Virus record (IMG/VR): IMGVR_UViG_3300033073_000738
Location: 1 to 64,000 of that record
Origin: a virus
Taxonomy: Duplodnaviria > Caudoviricetes
Length of the DNA: 64,000 bases
Strand: one strand, 5' to 3'
The position numbers and the translations under genes are program-made. Positions within the stretch are counted from its first letter, which is position 1. The number at the start of each line of letters is the position of its first letter. The notes beneath the pieces are model-generated. The model made no database searches. It saw only the letters and a list, made by a program, of their open reading frames with translations, and had not been told where the DNA came from. Shown in pieces: positions 16,245 to 25,544 of the stretch.

Positions 16245-17381
16245 ATGTCTAAATTTAAGAGTATAACCAAAAAGACAGCTAAGGAGAATCGTGTTATTGA
16301 AACATCAATGATTAACAAGGATGAAGTATTCAAAATGTTAGCTCTTGCAGAGTCAACTGGTCTTCCTTGTCTTTTGGTAGGTCCTCCCGGTGTAGGTAAA
16401 ACAAAGACTATTATCGAGTATGCAAAAGCCTGGTTGAACAAAGATGGCAATATGACTGCTCAAGACTTTGCTAACAAGCTCTATATCCTGGAGACAGACG
16501 AGGGCACTAAAGCCTCTGAGATCAAGGGTATGCCAGATCTTGGTAAGCTCTTTACTGAGAATCGTTATGAAATCACAGCACCTATTGCAGATGCTGAGAT
16601 TGTAATCATCAACGAGGTGGACAAAGCTTCTGCAGCCATTCGTAACGCCATGTTGGGTGTAATGAACGAGAAGTTCCTGTTTAACGGCAAACAAAAGCTT
16701 CCTTGTAAGTGGAAACTCTTTGTAGCCACTTGTAATGAGATTCCTAAAGAAGAGGTTAATTCTCCTTTCTGGGACCGTTTCATGCTCAAAATGTCTGTAA
16801 GCAGGGTTTCTCAGGGTGAATTGGTAAAGTATTACAACAAAGGTGGTCGTGAATACAAAGAGAAAGTCAAGTTGGGAATACCTTCTAAAGATGAGATTAA
16901 CAATCTAGAAGTCTCTATTACCAAACTTGAGAAGTTTCTCGAGGTGGGTTATGGACACACTTCTGATCGTACTCTCACCTTTGTGCCTACACTCACAAAA
17001 GCTGTATCGTACATCTGGGATATCAGTGTTGACAAAGCCCTGGTAAAAACAGCTCAGATTATGATCAGTCAAGCTGCAGGTTCTGAACTTCAGAATAAGC
17101 TGATGAGTAATGAGGTGAAGAACATCATGAGTAAAGTGGACATGCTAACAAGCTATACCACCAGCGACCAGCTTGAATTAGCTATTGCAGAGCTTGAAGC
17201 TTTGATAAATAGTTATTCAAGCAGGGGTGCTCTTGATGAAAGTCAGGTAGAAGAGATTGAAATGGCTATTCAATATGTATTGGATAAACATCCTCATTAC
17301 AAAAAACAGTTTGAGTCTGAAGACTTTGATGCAATCATGTCAGAAATGAATGTATCATCCCAACCTACAGTGGAAGTCTAA
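16245..17381 (+). CDS. MoxR/RavA-like AAA+ ATPase
   Basis: GPPGVGKT, IIINEVDKA, NAMLGVMNEK, ATCNEIP, DRF; start set at MSKFK. Confidence 0.85.
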   Translation: MSKFKSITKKTAKENRVIETSMINKDEVFKMLALAESTGLPCLLVGPPGVGKTKTIIEYAKAWLNKDGNMTAQDFANKLYILETDEGTKASEIKGMPDLGKLFTENRYEITAPIADAEIVIINEVDKASAAIRNAMLGVMNEKFLFNGKQKLPCKWKLFVATCNEIPKEEVNSPFWDRFMLKMSVSRVSQGELVKYYNKGGREYKEKVKLGIPSKDEINNLEVSITKLEKFLEVGYGHTSDRTLTFVPTLTKAVSYIWDISVDKALVKTAQIMISQAAGSELQNKLMSNEVKNIMSKVDMLTSYTTSDQLELAIAELEALINSYSSRGALDESQVEEIEMAIQYVLDKHPHYKKQFESEDFDAIMSEMNVSSQPTVEV

Positions 17382-17403
17382 GATAAACAGTATTGACAAA
17401 CAT

Positions 17404-17437
17404 AACACCGGTGGTTTCATTACTACCGGTGTTTTTT
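17404..17437 (+). terminator. Terminator-like hairpin between MoxR and vWA genes
   Basis: AACACCGGTGGT/ACTACCGGTGTT plus T-run. Confidence 0.7.
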
Positions 17438-17449
17438 AATTCATTTTCT

Positions 17450-18943
17450 ATGGCAGGAGAAAGACAGTATAAGAACGTTTATACAATCCTTGAGAAAGTA
17501 AAGAAAGGAGAAATCTCTTCTTATTACAAAGACAAAGACGGCCTCTTTGGTAAAATCAATTTTTACAAAAAGCCTGACCTCATCAAACCATATCTGCATT
17601 GGTTAGATGAAGATCGTTTAGACAAAATAGTGAATGACTATTGCCTTTCTAAAAGCACCATAGGCTCAGAGTATTCACATCTTCTAAAAGAGAAACGTAT
17701 TTCTATAGAAAAAGCTCATGATCACCTAGAGAAATTGTACTATAGATTTCCTGCTCATCTTAAAAAAGACATATTCAAACTCTATTACAATCGTACAGAG
17801 AATCTTGAATTCTCACAAAGGGATGAGAAAAACTTTCTAAAATACATGTTCTTAGAAAAAGCTAACAATCCCATAGGTAAAATTATGGCAGAGAGTAGCA
17901 ATCTCAAATCAGCCATTTTTTCACGCAATGTGATGATGCATTTTCTAATGATGCTTGCTATGATGGAAATCGAAGCTCCTGATAAAGTAGAAAAGTTGAT
18001 GGACGGTCTAAAAAATGATCCTTCAGAGTTTGATAAGAATGAGCTGGAAAACATAATGAATGAACTTCTTAACAGTAGTACAGCTCAATCTCAACTGGAT
18101 CGTAGCATGGAATCAGCTCAGCAACTTTGTAATAAAATAGATGAGCTCTTACCAGAAGAGACGCAAGAAGAAATGTATGAAGATGCTACATCAAAATCCT
18201 ATGATGAAAATACGCTTACCGTAGGTAAACTCACTATTGACAAATTCGATGAGATATCTCAAAATGTTTTGTCTGTAAAGATGTCCATGGGAGCTGTTAA
18301 GGATAAGCTGAAGAAACTTTTAGATAAGTCTCTCTCCTACTTCTCTTCAAGACAAATAGTAGAATATGATGACATCTTTAATGCAGAAGACCTGGGTGGT
18401 ATAGAAGACTATGTTTTCTTACACCCTTCTTTACGTAAAGTGATGGCTGAAAATGTAGATGTAAAACATATCAAGAAAGTTGGTAAGATTGACATCTATA
18501 TAGACATCTCAACATCTATGGATTCACTAACCGGTCTTAAAACTCAGAACAATAACAACATCTCCCAGATTGAATTTGCAAAATCCCTGGCTGCTAAACT
18601 GAAAGAAATGAACATGCTCAACGATGTTTACACTTTCAATACATCAGTTAAGAAACGCAATAATGATATGCTTTCTATATCTATGATTCAAACCATTGGA
18701 GGTACAGACATTAATAAGGTTGTTCATAGAATTGTTAAAGGAGACAGAAATGCCATAGTTATCACCGACGCTCAAGACAGATGTGGAACTTATTCTGAAA
18801 AAGCATATTTCATTGGTGTAGCTGGAGCAAATTTCAGTTATTTTGAGCCTAGTGCTTTAGAGAAATATTCAAAAAGAGAACAGATGATAGTATTTGATGG
18901 CAGTAAGATTCATGGTGTCAATGCAAATGGTAGATTGATTTAG
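17450..18943 (+). CDS. vWA-domain protein (ViaA-like MoxR partner)
   Basis: C-terminal MIDAS DISTS, GGTD, VITD. Confidence 0.8.
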   Translation: MAGERQYKNVYTILEKVKKGEISSYYKDKDGLFGKINFYKKPDLIKPYLHWLDEDRLDKIVNDYCLSKSTIGSEYSHLLKEKRISIEKAHDHLEKLYYRFPAHLKKDIFKLYYNRTENLEFSQRDEKNFLKYMFLEKANNPIGKIMAESSNLKSAIFSRNVMMHFLMMLAMMEIEAPDKVEKLMDGLKNDPSEFDKNELENIMNELLNSSTAQSQLDRSMESAQQLCNKIDELLPEETQEEMYEDATSKSYDENTLTVGKLTIDKFDEISQNVLSVKMSMGAVKDKLKKLLDKSLSYFSSRQIVEYDDIFNAEDLGGIEDYVFLHPSLRKVMAENVDVKHIKKVGKIDIYIDISTSMDSLTGLKTQNNNNISQIEFAKSLAAKLKEMNMLNDVYTFNTSVKKRNNDMLSISMIQTIGGTDINKVVHRIVKGDRNAIVITDAQDRCGTYSEKAYFIGVAGANFSYFEPSALEKYSKREQMIVFDGSKIHGVNANGRLI

Positions 18944-19043
18944 TTACCATTTGGTGTACAGGTGAGTTAAACAAAAAGTCATCTTGTAATGATACCTCCA
19001 GACTTCAGTTAGATGGTTCCAGAAGAGTGTGGCGAATTAAATA

Positions 19044-19074
19044 GAAAAAGCCGGGATATTCTCCCGGCTTTTCT
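19044..19074. terminator. Bidirectional terminator
   Basis: AAAAGCCGGGA/TCCCGGCTTTT between convergent genes. Confidence 0.85.
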
Positions 19075-19202
19075 TATCTACCTTGTCTCCTGTATTTTGA
19101 GATCTCTTTGTCTTTTGGTCCACGACTTTTCTTGGCTTTACCCGTTTTTCGTTTACCAAAAGTGATTTTACGGGATTCTCCCGATGCTTTAGATTTTGCC
19201 AT
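19074..19202 (-). CDS. 42-aa highly basic peptide (below ORF track cutoff)
   Basis: MAKSKASGESRKITFGKRKTGKAKKSRGPKDKEISKYRRQGR; stop abuts the terminator. Confidence 0.7.
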   Translation of the reverse strand: MAKSKASGESRKITFGKRKTGKAKKSRGPKDKEISKYRRQGR

Positions 19203-19569
19203 ATGGAATTATTGAAAGAAGGGTTATCAATAAGAATGCCCCGTAGAACAACTTCCAACCATACTTCTTATGCAAATCGTAGGTTAGTTTGTCAATCTTT
19301 GAGGTGGTTGTAGACGAATAGTAGTCTATAGGTAATCCTCTCATATAGTTAAGTGAGAGGTCAAATACTACTTTTCTAAGAGACAGGAGACCTATTATAA
19401 AGAACCAACTGTGGGTTATCGCATAAGCTGGTATAAGAAATACCAGGTATTCAAGTGCATTCAGCCCGTGTTGGATCTTCTCTCCTTGTTCTATCTTATA
19501 TGCATCCCTGCTAGCAAGAGCTAGATTCAGTATTGCATAAAAGACAACAGCTAAAAGGTTGACTATCAT
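19189..19569 (-). CDS. Multi-pass membrane protein (lysis-associated?)
   Basis: 3-4 hydrophobic segments; directly downstream of the endolysin. Confidence 0.6.
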   Translation of the reverse strand: MIVNLLAVVFYAILNLALASRDAYKIEQGEKIQHGLNALEYLVFLIPAYAITHSWFFIIGLLSLRKVVFDLSLNYMRGLPIDYYSSTTTSKIDKLTYDLHKKYGWKLFYGAFLLITLLSIIPYGKI

Positions 19570-20195
19570 ACTGTCTTAGTAAGTATTTGATAAAAAATAT
19601 TCACTTTACGTGTTCTATCTACCAACCCTATGGAACCACCGTTGATTCTACGTGTGATTTTCCTAATAACTTCATCAGCCATACCGTCATCAGCAACTGG
19701 ATTAAGCTTCATCTGAATAGCATATTCAAAGAGAGCTGAGTCTAATGCATACTTGTTGTCAGATCTAACCAGGTCGGCAATCTCATCTACAGACTTCCCA
19801 ACATAGTCAGCGTATTCTTGATAAGCTGCTTTACCAGTAAGCTGAAGAAAACCACCACCACGATAACGGTAAGCGTCACCAGGCTCAGTATTCCCCATAC
19901 GATTAGAATAAACAGCCTCAGCAAGTTTCTGAGGGTTCTTAGTATATTCAAAAGCATTTCGTTTGTTATTACTTCCATCTAAATTGAATCTGGTGGGCCA
20001 TACAGAAGCTATACGTGAAGCTGTAGAGTAGTACAAACTCTCAGTCTTAATACGGAAATCCCCACTCTCATGTGCAATTTGACCAAGAAAATGAGCAGCA
20101 CGTTCGTTTGTGTTCACCTCATATTTGTCAAAAGCCTCTGGGATAATATCATACACATCATTGGGTATATACCCTTTCAAACGTTCTATTTCCAT
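19566..20195 (-). CDS. Glycoside hydrolase family 19 endolysin
   Basis: AHFLGQIAHESG, YRYRGGGFLQLTG..AY, TRRINGG. Confidence 0.9.
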   Translation of the reverse strand: MEIERLKGYIPNDVYDIIPEAFDKYEVNTNERAAHFLGQIAHESGDFRIKTESLYYSTASRIASVWPTRFNLDGSNNKRNAFEYTKNPQKLAEAVYSNRMGNTEPGDAYRYRGGGFLQLTGKAAYQEYADYVGKSVDEIADLVRSDNKYALDSALFEYAIQMKLNPVADDGMADEVIRKITRRINGGSIGLVDRTRKVNIFYQILTKTV

Positions 20196-20203
20196 AACGA
20201 AGA

Positions 20204-20812
20204 TTATTTAAACCTGATCTTCCAATAACTCTGGACGCCGTAGTAGATGTCACCTTTAGATGAAACACCGGCAAAACCACCTACTATTTTATCTTTAGGT
20301 GACTTGTACATAACACCGGCTTGTACACTTAGAAAACCATTCTTAGAACCGGCTACACCACCACCTATATACACTTGAGATTTTTGTGGAGCATATTTGA
20401 CTATCTCTACCTCTTTAGTGACTACAGGCAGGTCGTAATGATATTTATAGCCCCTGTCGTATAATGCATTGTATTGCACGGTATCGTACACTAATACATA
20501 TCCTATCGTACCCAAACGTAGACTGTCCATATAAGACTTCCTGGCTGAGTAACTATTAGCTAATGTGATATACTGGGCTTTGAGAGAATCATAGTTACCA
20601 CTGGGTACAAACAACGTGTCATGTACATATTGCACTTTTACCAGGGTGACTTTCTTCTTTATAATACTGTCCTTGGGTATATAACAAGTGTCAATTTTAA
20701 CAACCGTATCCACTTTTGTAATCTGTTGTGGAGCAGATCCACATTGTAGCCTCTGTAGCAGAATAACAGCTATAAGACCAATAATGATGAATAGTGAGAT
20801 CTGGTTCTTCAT
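20204..20812 (-). CDS. Membrane-anchored lysis accessory protein (spanin-like)
   Basis: N-terminal TM, repeated VDT/IDT/HDT, C-terminal amphipathic beta strands ending YWKIRFK. Confidence 0.5.
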   Translation of the reverse strand: MKNQISLFIIIGLIAVILLQRLQCGSAPQQITKVDTVVKIDTCYIPKDSIIKKKVTLVKVQYVHDTLFVPSGNYDSLKAQYITLANSYSARKSYMDSLRLGTIGYVLVYDTVQYNALYDRGYKYHYDLPVVTKEVEIVKYAPQKSQVYIGGGVAGSKNGFLSVQAGVMYKSPKDKIVGGFAGVSSKGDIYYGVQSYWKIRFK

Positions 20813-20817
20813 AACAC

Positions 20818-21054
20818 TTATTTAGGATTTTTGAAGCTGAACTTATCTGCAGTGTCAGCACCAAGGCAGAAAATAGTGAGATAGAGCACACTGTTAGTCA
20901 GCGCGTCAGAGAACTTAACGTCTCCCCTACTAATAGCGTCTATAAGAAGTACAGCACATAGTACTACGGCACCAAGGGTAGCTAGTACAGGCTTAACAGA
21001 GGCAGCACCTCTTTCGTCTTTGAACAGGTCGATGACCCAATCTTTGAATTTCAT
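20818..21054 (-). CDS. Putative holin
   Basis: 78 aa, two TM segments, in the lysis cassette. Confidence 0.55.
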   Translation of the reverse strand: MKFKDWVIDLFKDERGAASVKPVLATLGAVVLCAVLLIDAISRGDVKFSDALTNSVLYLTIFCLGADTADKFSFKNPK

Positions 21055-21374
21055 AGTTGAGTATTTGGTACGTTTTTGAGTTTCTTTAATGTATACTCCT
21101 CTTTCTCAGGTCTAATAGCAACTAACGCAAACACCTTAAGATAGGTCTTATCAGAAGAGTCTTTTCCGGGATATGAAGCAGCTGTCGTAGACTTCTTACC
21201 ATACAACTCTCTCTCAAGATTGTCAATACGGGTCTTGTCAATAGCTGATTGAGCTATCAACTCTTTCACATCAGCTTTGATCTCTTTGACATCTTGCCAA
21301 ATGATAGCAGCTAAGACACTAATCACCCCTGGAAAAGCCCAAACCTTGAATCTGTCTACAACTGGGTTGGCCAT
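21051..21374 (-). CDS. TM plus coiled-coil protein
   Basis: N-terminal TM followed by heptad repeats. Confidence 0.55.
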   Translation of the reverse strand: MANPVVDRFKVWAFPGVISVLAAIIWQDVKEIKADVKELIAQSAIDKTRIDNLERELYGKKSTTAASYPGKDSSDKTYLKVFALVAIRPEKEEYTLKKLKNVPNTQL

Positions 21375-21386
21375 CTCTAATAGTAT

Positions 21387-21644
21387 TTAGGATTTCTTGT
21401 GCTCGAATGTGTTTCCGTGACCAGATTTGCTCTGTACTGACTTAAGAGAATTAGGTATAATGTTTCCATTACTATCCTTATTCACAATGAACACTAATCC
21501 GGTAGGGTGTACTACAGAAGATGATACATCCTGGGCAGCAATTGTAATAATATTAGCTACAGGAGGAACAGCTCCATCTGTAGACATCATGGTTCCAGGA
21601 ATAGGGTAACCATTACCATCTTTTTGAGCATAAAACGTTGGCAT
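21387..21644 (-). CDS. Hypothetical protein (possibly virion-associated)
   Basis: Internal repeat KDGNGYPIPGTM / KDSNGNIIPNSL. Confidence 0.6.
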   Translation of the reverse strand: MPTFYAQKDGNGYPIPGTMMSTDGAVPPVANIITIAAQDVSSSVVHPTGLVFIVNKDSNGNIIPNSLKSVQSKSGHGNTFEHKKS

Positions 21645-21705
21645 AATAGAGGAATTTATAGTATCAGTAATTGTATAACAGCAGAATAGAGGAGACCAAA
21701 AAGAA

Positions 21706-21729
21706 TTGTTCTACAATATAATATACAAC
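21706..21729 (-). promoter_or_regulatory. Candidate late promoter for the lysis cassette
   Basis: GTTGTATATTATATTGTAGAACAA on the minus strand, about 60 nt upstream of 21644. Confidence 0.35.
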
Positions 21730-21742
21730 TTTTTCAAATTAT

Positions 21743-21776
21743 TTTGTAGATTTAATCTCTCATAGTTCTATATTTG
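21743..21776 (+). promoter_or_regulatory. Bacteroidota-type sigma-A promoter
   Basis: TTTG at 21743 and TATATTTG at 21769 match the -33 and -7 TAnnTTTG consensus. Confidence 0.55.
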
Positions 21777-21807
21777 TAAACCCACATTCAAAAAGTTAGA
21801 CGCTCAT

Positions 21808-22263
21808 ATGAAAGACATCTATAAACTTCAAGCAAAGCTCATCCACAATTTTCAGCAAGATTTCAAAGCTAAAATTGGTTGTATGCCAATCATTTATGTA
21901 CCCTCTCATCTTGGATACCTGTCATTAAATGACCTTGATGAGTGCTTCAAACCATTTCTACCTGTCTTAAAAGGAAAGCCTGTACCATTAACTACACAGC
22001 TTCGTATACGTAGACTTGTAGAACTGAGGGCCATCTATTGTAACATAGCAAAGAAGATGAACTTCACCCTAAAAGAGATAGCTAGACATATCAAATACGC
22101 AGATCATTCTACAGTGATACATGTTCTCAAACTGTACAAAGCACTGATGGAAACTGACGAAAACTTTCAAAACAAGGTAATATCAATAGAAAATCACATC
22201 AAAAAAATGACAAACCACCCCACTCATGAGTCACAAAATCTGGACGTCATGCCGGAAGTTTAA
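21808..22263 (+). CDS. DnaA C-terminal (domain IV) HTH-like DNA-binding protein
   Basis: R.IY..IAK..N.TLKEIA..I...DHSTVIH resembles DnaA RDHTTVLH. Confidence 0.7.
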   Translation: MKDIYKLQAKLIHNFQQDFKAKIGCMPIIYVPSHLGYLSLNDLDECFKPFLPVLKGKPVPLTTQLRIRRLVELRAIYCNIAKKMNFTLKEIARHIKYADHSTVIHVLKLYKALMETDENFQNKVISIENHIKKMTNHPTHESQNLDVMPEV

Positions 22264-22804
22264 TGTTAGCCCCAATCAGTTATTCTTTCTTGATTGCTGC
22301 CGTAACAGTATATCTACCGGTAAACTAGTAAACGTAGAAGCAGAACGCCTGGTTGCAGAGTCTTGTGGACACATGAATCCAGATGGTACGTTGACAGAGA
22401 AAGCAATTGCGATGCTCAAACACCTGCAAACTGAAATCGAATCTAAAACTAAACCTAAAACAGAAAACGTCCTCGGGGCAGATTACCTCGACAAAGTGAA
22501 GGAATACAGAGAGTACTTTCCTTCTAAGCGTCTAGACCACGGAGAAGTGGCTAGACAATCAGTCAAAGAACTGACTGATAAGTTTATATGGTTCTTCAAA
22601 ACCTATACCGATTATGACTGGGACATAGTATTGGATGCAGCCAAATACTACTGTCTCATCAAAGAACAGGAAAGACATGCCTTTATGAGTACAAGCTCCT
22701 ACTTCATAAAGAAGACAGACCCCACTAGTAAAGCCGTAGTATCAAAACTTGCAGACTATTGTCAATTGATACTTGACAACCCGGAGCTATTACTTAATAT
22801 CTAA
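22226..22804 (+). CDS. Hypothetical protein (replication-associated)
   Basis: 192-aa ORF upstream of DnaB. Confidence 0.65.
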   Translation: MSHKIWTSCRKFNVSPNQLFFLDCCRNSISTGKLVNVEAERLVAESCGHMNPDGTLTEKAIAMLKHLQTEIESKTKPKTENVLGADYLDKVKEYREYFPSKRLDHGEVARQSVKELTDKFIWFFKTYTDYDWDIVLDAAKYYCLIKEQERHAFMSTSSYFIKKTDPTSKAVVSKLADYCQLILDNPELLLNI

Positions 22805-22813
22805 ATCAACTGA

Positions 22814-22999
22814 ATGAAGAAAACACTATCAACACTACTTCTTGCAGCAGCTTTCTCAGTCTTTAACTGGCTATTCATATGCACGTTCATTATTGAAATG
22901 AACTTCATCAAGTATATGTTCATAGAACTGTTGTTGGTGGTAATGTTTAAGTTCTATCTATTCACTCGCAAAAAACTCCTTAACTATTATGAAAGATGA
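22814..22999 (+). CDS. Small membrane protein
   Basis: Two TM segments. Confidence 0.6.
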   Translation: MKKTLSTLLLAAAFSVFNWLFICTFIIEMNFIKYMFIELLLVVMFKFYLFTRKKLLNYYER

Positions 23000-23192
23000 G
23001 CAAATCAAGAAACTCTTTGACCAGTGCACAGTAGAAATGCCTGGTAGCAAGAACATAAGGGCTCTCAATTTTGATTTATTTCAAACTCTTGTAGCACAAA
23101 TCTACAACAACGGTTATGCAGATGGGCACGCAGATGGTGTCAACTATATGGGTAACGTAATGGATCTAAGCCTTAAATCTATAAAGGTATGA
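22989..23192 (+). CDS. Hypothetical protein
   Basis: GYADGHADG repeat; overlaps the DnaB start. Confidence 0.6.
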   Translation: MKDEQIKKLFDQCTVEMPGSKNIRALNFDLFQTLVAQIYNNGYADGHADGVNYMGNVMDLSLKSIKV

Positions 23193-24256
23193 TCTTAAAA
23201 TACGGAGCAAAAACCTATCTCGAAGTATTAGACGATGCTTTGAAATACATCGAAGATAGAAGAACAGGTAGAATCACATCATTCAAGACTCCTTGGAAAG
23301 GTGTTAACAAAGCAGGTATCAACGGGTTAGAATGGGGTTCAATGCTCACTGTAGCAGCTCGTCCTGGTTCCGGTAAAACTATGGTGGCATCGCAAATCAT
23401 ACGTGAATCTATGGCAATGAACCCAGGTCAAAACTTCAATATTCTTGAATTTCAATTTGAAATGGGTTCTAAGCAGTATGGCAGCAGAGACTTTGCAGCA
23501 CAGATTGCCAAAGACTATAATGTTGTTCTTAGTTCAGAGAAACAGCTTGATGACTATAGTATGCAACTCTTACGGCAATACAGAGCCGAGACAGCAAAGC
23601 TTATGAGTCAAGGCGTTTATAGAATCTTCTTAGGCACCGCAATGACGCATAAGAATATCTATGACGCGGTTCATTACTATTACAACAACATACCCGGTAA
23701 AGATGGTAAACCAAGTGGTAATCCCCTGGTTATCACAATTGACCACTCTTGGTTGGTTAAAAGAATGGATTCAGAGAAAGACAAGTTTGAGGTGCTTTAT
23801 AACACTGTAGAGATGCTCATGAAGCTTAAGAATGAGCTTCCTGTGATCATTATAATGCTTTCTCAGTTGAATCGTGGTATTGATGAGGCTATCAGAAAGA
23901 TGCCAGGTACCATTGCTAACTATCCTACATCGAATGACATATTCGGTGGCGACGCTCTGATGCAAGGTTCAGATATGTTAGTAGTGTTAAACAGACCAGC
24001 AAATGTAGATATTAAATGTTACGGTCCCCAAAAGTACCTTGCTACTGATGACACCATCTTCATGCACATGTTGAAAGTAAGGAATGGTGCAAACAGAGAG
24101 AACATGCTTTTCTTCAATGCTGAGTTCAATAGACAACGTATGGTAGAAACGGTCCCTCCTATTGTTGCAGTGCAACCATCTAATATTCAAGGAGGTTTTA
24201 GAACTGCTAACAAAAGTACTAAACCACCCTCTGCCGATATTGGCAGTGAACTTTAA
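23189..24256 (+). CDS. dnaB: DnaB-like replicative helicase (RecA-fold domain only)
   Basis: AARPGSGKT, FEM, IDH, LSQLNR, LKVRNG. Confidence 0.85.
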   Translation: MILKYGAKTYLEVLDDALKYIEDRRTGRITSFKTPWKGVNKAGINGLEWGSMLTVAARPGSGKTMVASQIIRESMAMNPGQNFNILEFQFEMGSKQYGSRDFAAQIAKDYNVVLSSEKQLDDYSMQLLRQYRAETAKLMSQGVYRIFLGTAMTHKNIYDAVHYYYNNIPGKDGKPSGNPLVITIDHSWLVKRMDSEKDKFEVLYNTVEMLMKLKNELPVIIIMLSQLNRGIDEAIRKMPGTIANYPTSNDIFGGDALMQGSDMLVVLNRPANVDIKCYGPQKYLATDDTIFMHMLKVRNGANRENMLFFNAEFNRQRMVETVPPIVAVQPSNIQGGFRTANKSTKPPSADIGSEL

Positions 24257-24264
24257 ACCAATAA

Positions 24265-24834
24265 ATGATGTCAGATTTGAAAACACCGCTTAAAAACAAA
24301 GCATGGAAAATAGATCGCTTGAATGCGATTAGAGATTTCCATGCGAACCTTATCAAGGATTTAGGTATCAACAGTAAGGACTTCAACATGAAGACTCCCT
24401 ACTACGATGAATCGAAAGGTTGTTACATTGTTGCAATCTATCCTTCTGAGTTTGAAAAACCCGCTGGTTTCTATTTTGAGCTGGTTAATCATTCACTATT
24501 ACCTATTTCAGAAGAAAGAAAGGTATATCGTCTACATCCAAGTGATACATACATGGATGAATATGATTTGTATGTAGATAATGAGAGATACGTAGTTCCC
24601 CTGGATGATCTCAGAGTAGTTAACCCTGCATCTGTAGCTATCAGTGGACGCTCAGCTCTATTGAATATAGATAGAATTCCGCCAACTCAGCCCGTTTATA
24701 ATTCTGAACCCACTAAGAAAATCAATGATCAACCCTTTGCAGAAATGTCTATTCGTGATTTTTACGCTATCGTAAACAATACACCTATTAGCTCTAAGCA
24801 ATGGTTGAATGACCTCATAAAATCAAATCTATAA
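24265..24834 (+). CDS. Hypothetical protein
   Basis: MSIRDFYAI...P.SSK.WLN.LI C-terminus. Confidence 0.7.
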   Translation: MMSDLKTPLKNKAWKIDRLNAIRDFHANLIKDLGINSKDFNMKTPYYDESKGCYIVAIYPSEFEKPAGFYFELVNHSLLPISEERKVYRLHPSDTYMDEYDLYVDNERYVVPLDDLRVVNPASVAISGRSALLNIDRIPPTQPVYNSEPTKKINDQPFAEMSIRDFYAIVNNTPISSKQWLNDLIKSNL

Positions 24835-24835
24835 T

Positions 24836-25519
24836 ATGGCACAAGGCATCCTAATTATTGCAGATCCTGGTAGCGGTAAATCCACCAGTATTGAGACTCT
24901 CGACCCACAAGAAACGTTTATCATTAATGTGGCAAACAAGCCTCTACCATTCAAAGGGTGGAAGAAGAAGTACCAACAGTGGTCAAAAGACAACCCTAAG
25001 GGTAACATCTATGGTGGCTCTTCTGCTCAGCAGATAGAAGCTTGTCTTCGTTATGTAAGTGAGAAACGACCTGAGATTAAAACAGTCGTAGTAGATGATT
25101 TTCAGTACATGAGCTCATTTGAGTTCTTTGACCGTTCTGATGAGAAAGGTTATGAAAAGTTCACTCAAATCGGTGCTAATCTTGCTCGTATTGCACGTCT
25201 TCCTAAAGACTTGCGTGACGACCTCACTGTAGTGTTTCTTACGCACTCAGAAGAGTCTACAGACCTTGAAGGTAAACGTAAAGTAAAAGCCAAGACAATT
25301 GGACGTATGGTAGATGAGAAGCTGTCACTTGAAGGTTTGTTCTCTATTGTGTTGTTTGGTAAAGTGAAGAGAAACAAAGACGGTGAGATCCGTTATGTAT
25401 TTGAGACAAACAATAACGGTGAAAACACTTGCAAGTCACCCAGGGGTATGTTCTCTGACTTTGAAATTCCAAATGACCTCAAACTGGTAAAAGACAGTAT
25501 AGTAGTATTCGAAAACTGA
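24836..25519 (+). CDS. AAA_24-family ATPase (Sak4-like recombinase)
   Basis: PGSGKST, VVVDDFQY, FLTH, CKSPRGMF. Confidence 0.8.
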   Translation: MAQGILIIADPGSGKSTSIETLDPQETFIINVANKPLPFKGWKKKYQQWSKDNPKGNIYGGSSAQQIEACLRYVSEKRPEIKTVVVDDFQYMSSFEFFDRSDEKGYEKFTQIGANLARIARLPKDLRDDLTVVFLTHSEESTDLEGKRKVKAKTIGRMVDEKLSLEGLFSIVLFGKVKRNKDGEIRYVFETNNNGENTCKSPRGMFSDFEIPNDLKLVKDSIVVFEN

Positions 25520-25544
25520 ATTCTCAAATCTAAAATAACATAAC

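Noticed and set aside
19037-19258. 73-aa minus-strand ORF from the track
   Set aside because: It runs through the terminator and overlaps the upstream gene; the 42-aa ORF 19074-19202 in another frame fits better.
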